Source: Patescibacteria group bacterium UBA5738 (GTDB taxonomy: Bacteria; Patescibacteriota; Minisyncoccia; Minisyncoccales; UBA5738). From it: a DNA stretch of 59,767 nt. The notes beneath the pieces are model-generated. The model saw nothing but the letters and a program-made list of their open reading frames with translations, was not told the origin of the DNA and made no database searches. Where the stretch lies: the NCBI GenBank assembly GCA_002419295.1, contig DIFW01000016.1, positions 9,043-68,809 of the forward strand, written 5' to 3'. Each line of letters opens with the position of its first letter. Positions within the stretch are counted from its first letter, which is position 1. The position numbers were made by a program, and so were the translations under genes. This document shows positions 46,542 to 56,805 of this stretch, one piece after another.

Positions 46542-49061
46542 ATGCATAATTTTTATTTTAGCGGGAGCGTTCTGGGAAGGCTTGTCGATGCCGGTTATGG
46601 CGCGCTGGCCAAAGCCGCGGCGCCGGCAACGCAAATATTCCCCGGAATTTGTCTCGGCACGCTGTTAATGGCGGGATTGGGTATTTTGCTGGCGGTTTTG
46701 CTGGCGGTTTTTTGGTTTTTGGTTAAAAGGCAAAATCGGGAGAAATTCAAAATGAGCCTGGATCTGGTATTGTTGTCGGTCAAGATTCCCGCTAAGACCC
46801 CCGAAGAGATCCAGCAATCGGGGCGGCAGGAAAAGGACTGGATAAAAGTGATGGAGGATTTTTATTCCAATTTGGTGTCGTTAAAACCAAAAGGATTTTT
46901 CCGGCCCAAGCCTTGGATCGCTCTGGAAATTGCCAAAGTGAAGGGCGAGATATGCTTCTATGTTGCCGCGCCGCGCCGCTATGAAAATTTCGTGGAAAAG
47001 CGCATCAACAGCATCTACCCGGACGCGCATATTGAAAAATGCAAAGATTTTAACATTTTTGGGCCCAAAGAGTCTGTTTTTTGCGGTTATGCCAAAACAA
47101 TCCGGCCGGTGTTTTTACCGTTAAAAACCTATGAATCGATTGAAACCGATCCGCTTTCGGCGATTACCAACACGCTTACCAAGCTGGCGGAAAACGAGGA
47201 GGCGGCGGTGCAAATAGTTTTGCGCAATACTTCCGAAATTTGGCGCGCCCGCGGGCGGGAAATTTTGGAAAAAGTTAAAAGGGGCAAAAGTTTTTCCGCG
47301 GCGATGGACGAGACCGGTTTGGCGGGCGCGCTTGGCGGAGCAAAAGAGGACCAAAACCGGCAATATATGGGACAGCAGGGCGACGAATTGCTTGCCAAGG
47401 CGATGGAGAGCAAAATAAGCAAGCGTAATTTTGAGGCAAATATTCGGATCGCGGTTTCCATTAAAGACGAATTTCGCAGTGAACAGGTTTTTGACCAGCT
47501 TGCCGGCGCGCTGGATCAATTTTCCGCGCCCGGACTAAATCAATTCCGCGTCAACAAAAAGAAAGGCAAGGCCGGCGCGGCGATTCTCAACGATTATATT
47601 TTTCGTAATTTTAACAATGCCAACAAATCAATTTTGAGCACCGAAGAGCTCACTGGCATTTTTCATTTTCCCACGCCGTTTTTAAAAACTCCGAATGTTA
47701 AAATTCTGAACTCCAAAACCGCGCCGCCGCCGGTAAATATCCTGCGCGAAGGATTACTGTTGGGTTATAACGAATATCGCGGCGACAAAAAGGACGCGTT
47801 TTTGGGCGTCAACGATCGCCGGAGGCATCTGTATGTTATCGGCCAGACGGGTACCGGAAAATCCGCCTTTTTATCCAACTTGATTGAACAGGATGTGCGA
47901 AACGGCGGCGGAGTGGGGGTTTTGGATCCGCACGGCGATTTGATTGACGACATTCTGGGCAAAATTCCCAATGAGCGGTTGGACGATGTGGTGATTTTTG
48001 ATCCGGCGAATCTGGCCTATTCCGTCGGTTTGAATATGCTGGAATATGATGCTCGTTTTCCCGAACAAAAAACTTTCATCATCAACGAGTTTATGAAGAT
48101 ATTCGACAAACTCTATGATTTGAAAGCCACCGGCGGACCGATGTTTGAACAATACGCGCGCAACGCCTTGCAATTGCTGATGGACGATCCCAAAGAAACC
48201 TATACATTGATGGAAGTGCCCAAAGTTCTGGCCGACAAAGATTTCCGCCACTATCTTTTGGCAAAATGCAGAAACATTCTGGTGAAAGAATTTTGGGAAA
48301 AACAAGCCGAAACGGCGGGCGGTGAAGCGTCGCTGAAGAATATGGTGCCCTATATTACTTCTAAATTTGACACCTTTATTTCCAATGATTATATGCGTCC
48401 CATCATCGGACAAGTGAAAAGCACCTTCAAATTCCGGGAGATTTTGGATCAAAAAAAGATATTTTTGGTGAATTTGAGCAAGGGCCGCTTGGGCGACATC
48501 AATAGCTCGCTTTTGGGGTTGATTATCACCGGCAAATTAACCATTGCCGCGTTTTCGCGCGTGGACACGCCCGAAGCCGACCGCACCGATTTTTATTTAT
48601 ATATTGACGAATTCCAGAATTTTGCCACCGACACGATTTCCACGATATTGTCCGAGGCGCGCAAATACAAGCTTTGCCTCACCATTTCGCACCAATTCAT
48701 CGGCCAACTGGAAGACGAGATCCGCGACAGCGTTTTTGGCAATGTGGGCACGATTTCATCTTTTCGCGTGGGAGTGGAAGATTCCGAATTTTTAGCCAAG
48801 CAATTTATGCCGGTGTTCAATTCCCAAGACTTAAACCGACTTGAAAATTACAATGCCTATGTCAGAATGTTAATCAACGGACAGGTGGCCTTGCCGTTTA
48901 ACATCAAGACCTACCCTCCGACCAAAACCGACCGCGGCCGCGCCGCCGACATCAAGGAATATTATTTGCTCAAAGAAGGCCGCGACCGCGAAGCCGTGGA
49001 GCGCGAAATTGAAACTCGGCGCCGCGCTATGGGCGTCCCCGTTCCAAATATCGAAAAATAA
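46542..49061 (+). CDS. VirD4/TraD/TraG-like (type IV coupling protein family) P-loop ATPase with N-terminal TM segment
   Basis: The 839-aa protein has the TM segment LLMAGLGILLAVLLAVFWFLV and the Walker A motif VIGQTGTGKSAF. Walker B lies in FYLYIDEFQNFAT. The TraG-D_C-like LTISHQFIGQL...GNVGTISSFRV is also present. Confidence 0.75.
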   Translation: MHNFYFSGSVLGRLVDAGYGALAKAAAPATQIFPGICLGTLLMAGLGILLAVLLAVFWFLVKRQNREKFKMSLDLVLLSVKIPAKTPEEIQQSGRQEKDWIKVMEDFYSNLVSLKPKGFFRPKPWIALEIAKVKGEICFYVAAPRRYENFVEKRINSIYPDAHIEKCKDFNIFGPKESVFCGYAKTIRPVFLPLKTYESIETDPLSAITNTLTKLAENEEAAVQIVLRNTSEIWRARGREILEKVKRGKSFSAAMDETGLAGALGGAKEDQNRQYMGQQGDELLAKAMESKISKRNFEANIRIAVSIKDEFRSEQVFDQLAGALDQFSAPGLNQFRVNKKKGKAGAAILNDYIFRNFNNANKSILSTEELTGIFHFPTPFLKTPNVKILNSKTAPPPVNILREGLLLGYNEYRGDKKDAFLGVNDRRRHLYVIGQTGTGKSAFLSNLIEQDVRNGGGVGVLDPHGDLIDDILGKIPNERLDDVVIFDPANLAYSVGLNMLEYDARFPEQKTFIINEFMKIFDKLYDLKATGGPMFEQYARNALQLLMDDPKETYTLMEVPKVLADKDFRHYLLAKCRNILVKEFWEKQAETAGGEASLKNMVPYITSKFDTFISNDYMRPIIGQVKSTFKFREILDQKKIFLVNLSKGRLGDINSSLLGLIITGKLTIAAFSRVDTPEADRTDFYLYIDEFQNFATDTISTILSEARKYKLCLTISHQFIGQLEDEIRDSVFGNVGTISSFRVGVEDSEFLAKQFMPVFNSQDLNRLENYNAYVRMLINGQVALPFNIKTYPPTKTDRGRAADIKEYYLLKEGRDREAVEREIETRRRAMGVPVPNIEK

Positions 49062-49109
49062 ATTTCGCAAAGTACTTCCGCGTACTTCCGTTTTTAATCA
49101 ATCAGACTT

Positions 49110-49508
49110 ATGACAGACATAAAACCAAAATCGGCGGAAACATTGCCGCCGCAGGAGATAGAGACTTTTGAAAAAGAAAGTGAGGGTTTGGAAATAATCG
49201 AGCGAAAGCCCGAAAGAGTCGGCGGCGACACAAGCAAACAAGTTGAAACGCTGGAAAAAAGAATCAAAAAAGAATTTCCCGGCGCGGCAAAAGAGGAACA
49301 AAAAGATTTAGCGATCAAAAAAGATATTGAAGAAAGAATGGAAACGATCATCGGCAATTTCGTAAGATCGGCCGCCGCCGCGGATTTTAACGACGAAACC
49401 GTGGAAAAAATTCTTGAAAAGGCGAGAATGTATATCGCCAAAGGCTATCCAAATATCGCCGACGAAGTTCATGACCGCATCTTGGAAGCGAAAAACAGGG
49501 GGCTGTAA
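49110..49508 (+). CDS. Hypothetical acidic protein
   Basis: This 132-aa Glu/Lys-rich ORF is co-directional with the upstream ATPase, and a strong terminator follows. Confidence 0.5.
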   Translation: MTDIKPKSAETLPPQEIETFEKESEGLEIIERKPERVGGDTSKQVETLEKRIKKEFPGAAKEEQKDLAIKKDIEERMETIIGNFVRSAAAADFNDETVEKILEKARMYIAKGYPNIADEVHDRILEAKNRGL

Positions 49509-49554
49509 AGTCCGAAAGCCGGAGAATGGCCGCGGAGCAGGCTGAGTAAAAATC

Positions 49555-49580
49555 GCACCGGTTTTGCCGGTGCAATTTTT
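49555..49580 (+). terminator. Intrinsic terminator
   Basis: GCACCGG-ttttg-CCGGTGC is followed by AATTTTT. Confidence 0.75.
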
Positions 49581-49702
49581 AATTGATTTGATTCGCGCTC
49601 TCTGTTGTTTGCGTTTTTTGTTTGTTGGGTTGATTTTTATTATAATTTTGCTAAATTCCAAATCAGTAATTTAAATCTTGGAATCCAAAGGAGGTAAAAG
49701 TC

Positions 49703-50239
49703 GTGGAAGAGAAAAAAAGGTTGATTACGCCGCAAGAATTGGAAGAGCAAATGAAATTGAGAAAAATCCTTCCCATGGGCAAAGAAGAATTATTGGTGCT
49801 TTTGACGGGAATCGTCAACGATTGCCTTTTGTCTTTGCCGAGTTCCATCCATCCAGATCATCCGGATGAATGTATGAAGGCAGGGTACATCGAAATGAAT
49901 AGCCTGATGCTGGCTTTATGGCAAGAAGTCGGCGGCGATTTCATTAAAAAAGCCGAAACAAGCGGCTGGAAAGCGGCGGTTGAAGATATTAACGAAGAAT
50001 ATTTCTTGATATTAAAACCACCTACTCCGCCTGACGATAAACGGCGGGCATGGATTTTGGAAACATTGAACGGTTTGGGCCATTCGATGATCCCGTGGGA
50101 TCAGGACGGAGAAACCACGCACTTTACAATGTGCCGCTATTGCCAAATGTTTGTCGAGTATCGGGATAGGTTGGGCGCATCTTACCGGCGGGAGCGAAGA
50201 TCGGTGCGTGAACTTTCATCGTGTCTTGGAGACGACTAA
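49703..50239 (+). CDS. Hypothetical protein
   Basis: This 178-aa ORF has a GTG start preceded by a strong SD (AAGGAGGT, 7 nt upstream). No family was recognised. Confidence 0.55.
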   Translation: MEEKKRLITPQELEEQMKLRKILPMGKEELLVLLTGIVNDCLLSLPSSIHPDHPDECMKAGYIEMNSLMLALWQEVGGDFIKKAETSGWKAAVEDINEEYFLILKPPTPPDDKRRAWILETLNGLGHSMIPWDQDGETTHFTMCRYCQMFVEYRDRLGASYRRERRSVRELSSCLGDD

Positions 50240-50395
50240 AAATCCTTTCAAATTAAGCCGCGTTAATTTTAAAACAAGATTTCGCGGCTTGTTTTTAATT
50301 CAATGGGGGACCTGTGCAAATTCGGTTGTGTTCAAAATGGAAAAGATGGGGTAAAATACACCAATACGCATAATCATATAAGTAAACACGCGAGT

Positions 50396-52000
50396 ATGAA
50401 ATTTAATAAAAAGTTTTTGATAATTTTGGCGGTGGCGGTTGTCGGCGCGTCGGCGTTTGCCTGGTTGCGGCCCAAGGCGCCGGAATATAAAACCGAAAGC
50501 GTGTCGCGGGGCGCGATTGTTGAAGAGGTGTCTGAAACCGGCAGTGTCAAAAAGGGGGAGGCGGTCAATTTGAATTTCAAAAACGCGGGCGTGATTGATA
50601 AAATTAATGTGATTGAAGGCCAAAAAGTTCTCTCCGGCCAGATTTTGGCCGAACTGGACAGTCGTCCGGCGCAAATTCAGCTTGATCAGGCGCGCGCCAG
50701 TTATGAAATGTATCATTTGCAGTTGCAAAAACTGAAAACCGGCGCGTCTGATGAGGACGCAAACATCGTTCAGCGCCAGGTGGAAGCGGCGCAAGCCGCG
50801 CTGGATGCCGCGCGGCAAGCGCTAAATGACGCCGAAGTTAACGCCGGGCAAAGATTGAACAGCGCCTATAAAACCGCGGCCGATGCTTTGTCCGCGTCAT
50901 ATATTAAAGGATACAACAGCTACAATTTCATCGATTTGCTCCAAAGAACTTATTTTGTTCCGCAGGATCAGGATTCAATTTCTATTTTTGAAGCCGCGCA
51001 AAAAATGAATCTGGCGGTGCGGCAAGTCCAGCAATTCGCGGATGCCGCTCAAGCCGATGCCAAAGATGGCGGATTGGACGCTGTTTTCGCGGGCGCGAAA
51101 ATCCAGCTGGCTGAGATTGAGTCGCGGTTGCGTTTCGCGCGCGGAGTGTGCGAGAAATTGCCGTGGCGGGATTCGGTTTCGCAAACCTATAAAGACGGCT
51201 TGGATTTGCATATCGGTTATATGGTGGCGGCGCAAGCGTCGTTTAATTCCGCGGTGGAAGCGGTTGCTTTGCAAAAAGCCGCCAACGACCTGTCAATCAA
51301 TTCTGCCGGCGCCGCGGTGAGTTCCGCTCAGGCCGCGCGAAATACCGTTGACGAACAGGCGGCAAAAGTTTTCGCGGCGCCGAGAGGCGAGGATGTGGGG
51401 ATTTTGGAGTTGCAGCTGACGCAGGCCGCCGCGCAAATTGATTTGTTGGGGTTGCAAATTAACGACAGCAAGCTGGTCGCGCCGGCGGATGGACGCATAT
51501 CGGAAATTAACGGCGAGGCCGGTGAAATGGTCTCTCCTCTTTCCGGCTCTCCCTTAATGGTATTTTTGCCGTCCGATCCCTATGAAGTGGAGTTGGATAT
51601 CTACGAAGAAGAGGCGGTGAAATTGAGTGTTGGCGATCCGGCGCGCATTTCCGTGGTGGCGCTGGGCGATGAAACCTTTACCGGCAAAGTGGTTTTTGTC
51701 GCGCCGGCGGGAAAAATAGTTAACGGCGTGGTTTATTACCGGACCCGGATCGCGTTTGATGCCGATTCGGAAAAAATAAAACCTGATATGACCGCGGATG
51801 TGGAAATTATCACGGCGCAAAACGACGATGCTTTACTGATTTCAGAATCCGCGTTGCGCCGCAAGGACGGCGGCTGGTATGTGCAGGTTGTCGAAAACGG
51901 CGCGCCGCGCGAGGTTGCCGTGCAGGCGGGCATCCGTGCCAAAGGGCTGGTTGAAATCGTTTCCGGCCTCGCCGAAGGCGACCAAGTGATAATCCCATAA
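50396..52000 (+). CDS. HlyD/MacA-family periplasmic adaptor with very long coiled-coil hairpin
   Basis: The TM anchor is FLIILAVAVVGASAF and the lipoyl-like motifs are GVIDKINVIEGQKVLSGQILAELD ... LVAPADGRISEINGEAGEMV. About 250 aa of helical hairpin lie between them. The ATG at 50396 was chosen. Confidence 0.85.
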   Translation: MKFNKKFLIILAVAVVGASAFAWLRPKAPEYKTESVSRGAIVEEVSETGSVKKGEAVNLNFKNAGVIDKINVIEGQKVLSGQILAELDSRPAQIQLDQARASYEMYHLQLQKLKTGASDEDANIVQRQVEAAQAALDAARQALNDAEVNAGQRLNSAYKTAADALSASYIKGYNSYNFIDLLQRTYFVPQDQDSISIFEAAQKMNLAVRQVQQFADAAQADAKDGGLDAVFAGAKIQLAEIESRLRFARGVCEKLPWRDSVSQTYKDGLDLHIGYMVAAQASFNSAVEAVALQKAANDLSINSAGAAVSSAQAARNTVDEQAAKVFAAPRGEDVGILELQLTQAAAQIDLLGLQINDSKLVAPADGRISEINGEAGEMVSPLSGSPLMVFLPSDPYEVELDIYEEEAVKLSVGDPARISVVALGDETFTGKVVFVAPAGKIVNGVVYYRTRIAFDADSEKIKPDMTADVEIITAQNDDALLISESALRRKDGGWYVQVVENGAPREVAVQAGIRAKGLVEIVSGLAEGDQVIIP

Positions 52001-52243
52001 ACCATAAAATCACAAGCGCCAAGCACCAAATTCTGCGCCATGGGGACACGCCCGTCTCCGGCGGGCAAATAATATCAAATATCAAAATTAAAAATCTCAA
52101 AGATTATCAGTTAAGACAGGGATTGGCGGAAAAAATAACCCTGCTGGAATGGATAAATTATTCAAAATAACCCCGCTATTTTGTCCGTAATGCAATACGA
52201 ATGAATGATGATTTATCCGTAATACAACATCTAGCTAAATTCT

Positions 52244-52945
52244 ATGGAGACGCTAATCAAACTGGAACAAGTTTGGAAAATCTATCAATTGGGAAAGACC
52301 GAGGTGAACTCTCTGCGGGGGGTTGATCTGGAAATAAAATCCGGCGATTTTGTCACAATTATGGGGCCGTCGGGATCGGGGAAATCCACGCTGTTGAATA
52401 TGATCGGTTTGCTGGATATTCCCAGCAAGGGCAGGCTATTGCTGAAAGGACGCGATGTGGCCAAAATGGCCGAAAGCGAGCTGGCGCTTTTGCGCGGCAA
52501 AACTATCGGTTTTGTGTTTCAGGAATTCAATTTGCTCAATCATTTGCGCGCATGGGAAAATGTGGAACTGCCGATGATTTTTCAAGGCGTTGCGGCGGCG
52601 AAAAGGATCAGGCGCGCCAAAGAATTGTTGGAGCAAGTGGGATTGAAGCATCGCATCGACCACCAGCTTGCCGAGCTTTCCATTGGCGAGCGGCAAAGAG
52701 TGGCCATCGCTCGGGCGTTTGTGAACGATCCGGAATTGGTGATTGCCGATGAGCCCACCGGCAATTTGGATTCGGTCAACGGCAAAAAAGTGATGGAAAT
52801 TCTTTGTGAATTTCACGAAAAACGGGGCGGCACTTTGCTGATTGTGACTCACGATGCCACGGTGGGGGCCTATGGCCATACGCGGGTTTTCATCAAAGAC
52901 GGCCAAATAGTTTCGGAAAAAGAAGCCTTCGGCAACAATAATTAG
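52244..52945 (+). CDS. ABC transporter ATP-binding protein (MacB/LolD/FtsE-like)
   Basis: Walker A is GPSGSGKST, the signature variant is LSIGERQRVAIARA, and Walker B is LVIADEPTGNLD. Confidence 0.93.
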   Translation: METLIKLEQVWKIYQLGKTEVNSLRGVDLEIKSGDFVTIMGPSGSGKSTLLNMIGLLDIPSKGRLLLKGRDVAKMAESELALLRGKTIGFVFQEFNLLNHLRAWENVELPMIFQGVAAAKRIRRAKELLEQVGLKHRIDHQLAELSIGERQRVAIARAFVNDPELVIADEPTGNLDSVNGKKVMEILCEFHEKRGGTLLIVTHDATVGAYGHTRVFIKDGQIVSEKEAFGNNN

Positions 52946-52963
52946 AAATTTGTCATTTAACTT

Positions 52964-54196
52964 ATGAGCAATAATTTTGCGGAATATTACAAAATTGCGG
53001 CGAAGAATTTGAAGATGCGGTCATTGCGCTCATGGCTGACGGTTTTTGGCATTGTCATCGGCGTGTTTCTGATCATCAGCTTGTTGTCGCTTTCCGAAGG
53101 CATCAAAGACACGATTAACCGCCAGATGATGTCGCTGGGCGGCAATATGATTTTCGTGATGCCGGGTAGCGACGATAATCCGCTTTCGGGAATAATGTTT
53201 GGTGGGGACAAATTGGAAAAACAAGATTTGGACGCGATTGGCAGAACCGAAGGCGTGAAGACGGTTTTACCCGCGTCCTATCAGGCGATGAATGTCCGTT
53301 TTGGACAAGAAAACCAATCAGTGATAATTCAAGGATTTCCCATGGCCGAAGGAATGGAGGTGATGCGCAATTTTCAGGGATGGAGCTTGTCTTCCGGCCG
53401 CTGGCCCAGCGTGGGCAAAAGAGAGGCCGTGGCAGGAATGCAATTAGGGCGGGATATGTTTAATGTTCCGGTGATGCCCGGCGACGAATTTATCGTTAAG
53501 GGCAAGAGATTTATCGCCACCGGCATTTTGAATTCACTGGGTTCAAAGCAAGACGATAGCGCCATCTTTTTGGATATTTCCGAATTTCAGGATTTGGCGG
53601 GACAGCAGCGCGGCACCGCGCAAATGGCGATGGTGCAAATTGCCGAAGACGCCGATCCCAATTTTGTCGCCGAAAAAATCAAAGAGAGTCTGCGCCGTGT
53701 TCAGCGCCGCGCTTACGGTTCGGACACTCTTAACTTCGCGGTGATTACCGCCGAAAAAGTGAGCGATATCGCCGGCGGCGTGATGGCGGTGATCCAATTC
53801 GCGATTTTGGCGTTTGCCGGCATCGCGGTGCTTGTCGGCGGCATCGGCATCACCAATACGATGTACACTTCGGTGCGCGAACGCACGCGCGAGATCGGTA
53901 TTATGAAAGCCATCGGCGCCACTAACGGCGCGATTATGGCGATATTTTTATTTGAAGCCGGGATTATCGGTTTTGGCGGCGGCATCGGCGGCACAATTTT
54001 GGGATTGGGCGTTGCCGCGATCGTGCAGGCCTATGGACAAGTGCATCCGATGTTCTATTTCACCGCGTCGTTTTCGCCGTGGATCGTGATTTTCGGGCTG
54101 GGATTTTCCTTCGCGGTGGGTTGTTTGGCGGGAATTCTGCCCGCCCGCCAAGCGGCAAAACTTCGCCCCATTGAAGCGCTGAGAAAATACGAATGA
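52964..54196 (+). CDS. ABC transporter permease, MacB/FtsX type
   Basis: TM1 is followed by a roughly 230-aa extracytoplasmic domain, and then by the FtsX domain with RTREIGIMKAIGA. Confidence 0.9.
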   Translation: MSNNFAEYYKIAAKNLKMRSLRSWLTVFGIVIGVFLIISLLSLSEGIKDTINRQMMSLGGNMIFVMPGSDDNPLSGIMFGGDKLEKQDLDAIGRTEGVKTVLPASYQAMNVRFGQENQSVIIQGFPMAEGMEVMRNFQGWSLSSGRWPSVGKREAVAGMQLGRDMFNVPVMPGDEFIVKGKRFIATGILNSLGSKQDDSAIFLDISEFQDLAGQQRGTAQMAMVQIAEDADPNFVAEKIKESLRRVQRRAYGSDTLNFAVITAEKVSDIAGGVMAVIQFAILAFAGIAVLVGGIGITNTMYTSVRERTREIGIMKAIGATNGAIMAIFLFEAGIIGFGGGIGGTILGLGVAAIVQAYGQVHPMFYFTASFSPWIVIFGLGFSFAVGCLAGILPARQAAKLRPIEALRKYE

Positions 54197-54303
54197 AAAA
54201 AATTAAAAACTTAAATTAATTTTTAATTTTCTCGGTTTGCGCAAACAAAATTTTTCTTGTAAAATGAAGACGGAAAGATTTTTTTACTTATTGATTTTTT
54301 ATC

Positions 54304-56385
54304 ATGAAAATTCCCGTGCCGCTGCCGCCCCAAAAAAGAAAGCGCAAGGTGCACAAGGATCCGGTGAGTCCTTGGCTGGCAATCGCGATTCTGGCGTTTT
54401 TTTCGCTGGCAACCGCGGTTTATTTGCTGGCCAACCATCGCCAAGCCGCGATGCCTTTGCGAATGACCGGCGGTGTTCCGGGCCTGTTTATTTCCTCGGA
54501 AAATGGAGCCAACGGGCAAAAAACCGAGATTGCGCGCTTGAATAATTTTTCTTCGCAAGACGATTTCAAGAGCTACCTTTCTTCCGGCCGCCGCGCCGCC
54601 GCCGCCGGAATTTTTGAAGACGAAAAAGCCAAAGCGGCGGATACGGCGTCCGCGGTTTCGGCAAAAGAAAAGAATGCCGCCAAAACCGAAAAAGAAGCGG
54701 CGATCGGCATTCCGGACGCGGTGAAATTTTTCTCATTGGGGGAAAAACCGGCGGATCGCGCGGGAGATATCATTGAGCTTTCCGGCCGGAAGATCTATTT
54801 TTCGCCATTAAACCAGTTCTATTGGCCGGCATCGGCGATCGCGTCGCGGCCCGCGGGAGAAACCAAAATTTTTAATCTTGCCGATCCGGACGGCGTTGAG
54901 CAAGTCGGCACGATCGCGCAGGACGGAAATTTTATGGTTTTGGACGGCGCGCTGGCGGTATTTTTGAATAATTCCCTGGCGGTCTATGATGTTTCCGCCG
55001 CGGGTTCGGCGATTGAGCTTTGGCGCGGCCGCGTCAATAAAGGCAGTCAGATTACCGGTTCCGAATTTTCAAACGGCAAGTTCTATTTGACCGTCAAAAC
55101 CGAAATTGATCCGGCCAACCCTTGCCCGATAAAACCGCTTTCCATCAAAGAAAAAGCGGTGACGGTGGATTGCTCTGCCATTCGCCATCCTTCCGCTCCG
55201 CTTCCCGCGAATTCCATTTTTACGGTTTTTGAAATAAATCCCCGTTCGGGCGAAGTCGCGCGCGATGTTTCTTTGGCCGCCGCCGCCGATTTTTCCCTTT
55301 CTTTGGCCAACGGCGCGATCTGGGCGGCATGGAGCTATCCCGCCGACCATATCGCTTTTTTCGCGGATTTTTTGAATGCCAAATGCAAGGGGCTTTTGCC
55401 CAATTATATTTTGGAAAAAACTTCTCTTTTGCCGAAAATGGAAATATCCCGTTCGGCCAAAGAGTTTGAATTGCGCGGCTTGCTTTCGGAATGGTTTGCC
55501 TCGTTGCCGGAGGAAGAGCAAGCGCGAATTGCCGGCGAAATTACCAACCGGATCGAAGATTATTTGCGCGATCGTTTTGGCAATTTTGAACAAACATTCA
55601 TTGCCAAAATCGGGCTGGGCGATTTCTCCGTCTTGGCGCAAACGCAAATCGGAGGGCGTTTGGCCGCCGCGGATTTTGGGGAAACCGGCGCCTCAAACTT
55701 GCGCTTGATTGCCGTTTCGGGGACCGGCGCGGCGCAAAAAATGCAGTGGTTTGTTTCCGGAAAAATCGCGCTCAATGAAAATGAAAAAACGCAAAACGGC
55801 ATCTATCTTTTGGATGATGAATTAAATCAAACCGCCGCCGCTCAAAATTTGGACATTCCCGCGGGGATTTGCGCGGCGCGCTTTGGCGCGGACAATGTTT
55901 ATGCCCGCGTTTGCCGCGCGGGAGAGCCGGTTTATGTTTTGGGATTCGGCGCGCAATCGATCGGCTTGCGCGGCAAGATGCCCCTGCCGTCCGATTCAAC
56001 CTATTTCTACCCGTTTGGCGGCGATATGGCGCTGGCGATTTTTCCCAACGGAAGAAAAATTAAAATGGCGCTGTTTGATTTGTCTTCGCCCGCCCGTCCG
56101 GAGAAAACCGCCGAATACGACATAAACGATTATTGGGTGGATTTTGAAGCCAATGCCGCGGCGTTTGCTCATGATGCCAAAGGCGGCTTGCTTTTCATTC
56201 CCGGCGCCCGCGGCGGCCATATTTTTTCCCGCGCCGCCGGCCGGTTGAATTTTCAAAAATCAGTCGGGAGCATTGCCGTTCAGCGCGCATTTTTTGAAGG
56301 ACAGAATTTATATATTGCCGGAGACGCGGGGATTGAAATTTTCGGCGGCGAGGATTTTGCCGAATTAAACTCCATTAAATTTTAA
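54304..56385 (+). CDS. Secreted beta-propeller-domain protein (PF09826-like)
   Basis: It has an N-terminal TM/signal. The C-terminal pattern is ARFGADNVYARVCRAGEPVYVLGF...STYFYPFGGDMALAI...KMALFDLSSPARPEK...FAHDAKGGLLFIP. From memory, this matches the Beta_propel family motifs (RF.GD..Y.VTF...DPL.V.DL; S.YLHP; K.SLFDVSD...P). Confidence 0.65.
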   Translation: MKIPVPLPPQKRKRKVHKDPVSPWLAIAILAFFSLATAVYLLANHRQAAMPLRMTGGVPGLFISSENGANGQKTEIARLNNFSSQDDFKSYLSSGRRAAAAGIFEDEKAKAADTASAVSAKEKNAAKTEKEAAIGIPDAVKFFSLGEKPADRAGDIIELSGRKIYFSPLNQFYWPASAIASRPAGETKIFNLADPDGVEQVGTIAQDGNFMVLDGALAVFLNNSLAVYDVSAAGSAIELWRGRVNKGSQITGSEFSNGKFYLTVKTEIDPANPCPIKPLSIKEKAVTVDCSAIRHPSAPLPANSIFTVFEINPRSGEVARDVSLAAAADFSLSLANGAIWAAWSYPADHIAFFADFLNAKCKGLLPNYILEKTSLLPKMEISRSAKEFELRGLLSEWFASLPEEEQARIAGEITNRIEDYLRDRFGNFEQTFIAKIGLGDFSVLAQTQIGGRLAAADFGETGASNLRLIAVSGTGAAQKMQWFVSGKIALNENEKTQNGIYLLDDELNQTAAAQNLDIPAGICAARFGADNVYARVCRAGEPVYVLGFGAQSIGLRGKMPLPSDSTYFYPFGGDMALAIFPNGRKIKMALFDLSSPARPEKTAEYDINDYWVDFEANAAAFAHDAKGGLLFIPGARGGHIFSRAAGRLNFQKSVGSIAVQRAFFEGQNLYIAGDAGIEIFGGEDFAELNSIKF

Positions 56386-56389
56386 ATTT

Positions 56390-56752
56390 ATGGGCATACT
56401 TGAATCATTGTCGCGAATTCCGTCGATGTTCTATCTCTCCGCGTTTTTACTGCCGGCGGCGGTGTTTGGTTATTTAACCGCTTCAAAGCCCAAGAAAACC
56501 ATTGCCGCCAAATCCGCCGATCCGGCGGAACAATTAAAAATCAAAAAGATAGACGCGCGGCGGGAAACGCGCGCGTCAACGCTTTTGGGGCTGGCGATTG
56601 CCGCCGGTTTGGCGCTGTTGATTTCCATCGGGCAAATTATCGGTGATTATAAAAACGACCGGGGCTTGTTCGCGGTTGAATTGCCGGCATTGTCATTTCC
56701 GCCCGCGCCGGATACCGTTTTGCCGCCCGCGCCGCCGGCAGTGTCCGATTAA
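56390..56752 (+). CDS. Hypothetical small membrane protein
   Basis: This 120-aa ORF has two TM segments and starts 4 nt after the preceding stop. Confidence 0.5.
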   Translation: MGILESLSRIPSMFYLSAFLLPAAVFGYLTASKPKKTIAAKSADPAEQLKIKKIDARRETRASTLLGLAIAAGLALLISIGQIIGDYKNDRGLFAVELPALSFPPAPDTVLPPAPPAVSD

Positions 56753-56757
56753 ATTCC

Positions 56758-56776
56758 GCGAAGGTTAGACCTTCGC
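56758..56776. repeat. REP-like hairpin GCGAAGGttagaCCTTCGC
   Basis: It is identical in core to the copy at 35993-36009 inside miaB. Confidence 0.8.
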
Positions 56777-56805
56777 AGTGTCGCGGCCGTAATTGATTAA
56801 AAAAT

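Noticed and set aside
52001-52243. Regulatory repeats upstream of the ABC ATPase (aaaataacccYgct x2, tccgtaatRcaa x2, hairpin GCCCG-tctccgg-CGGGC)
   Set aside because: The repeats are short and imperfect. I cannot distinguish them from chance in an AT-rich spacer without statistics.
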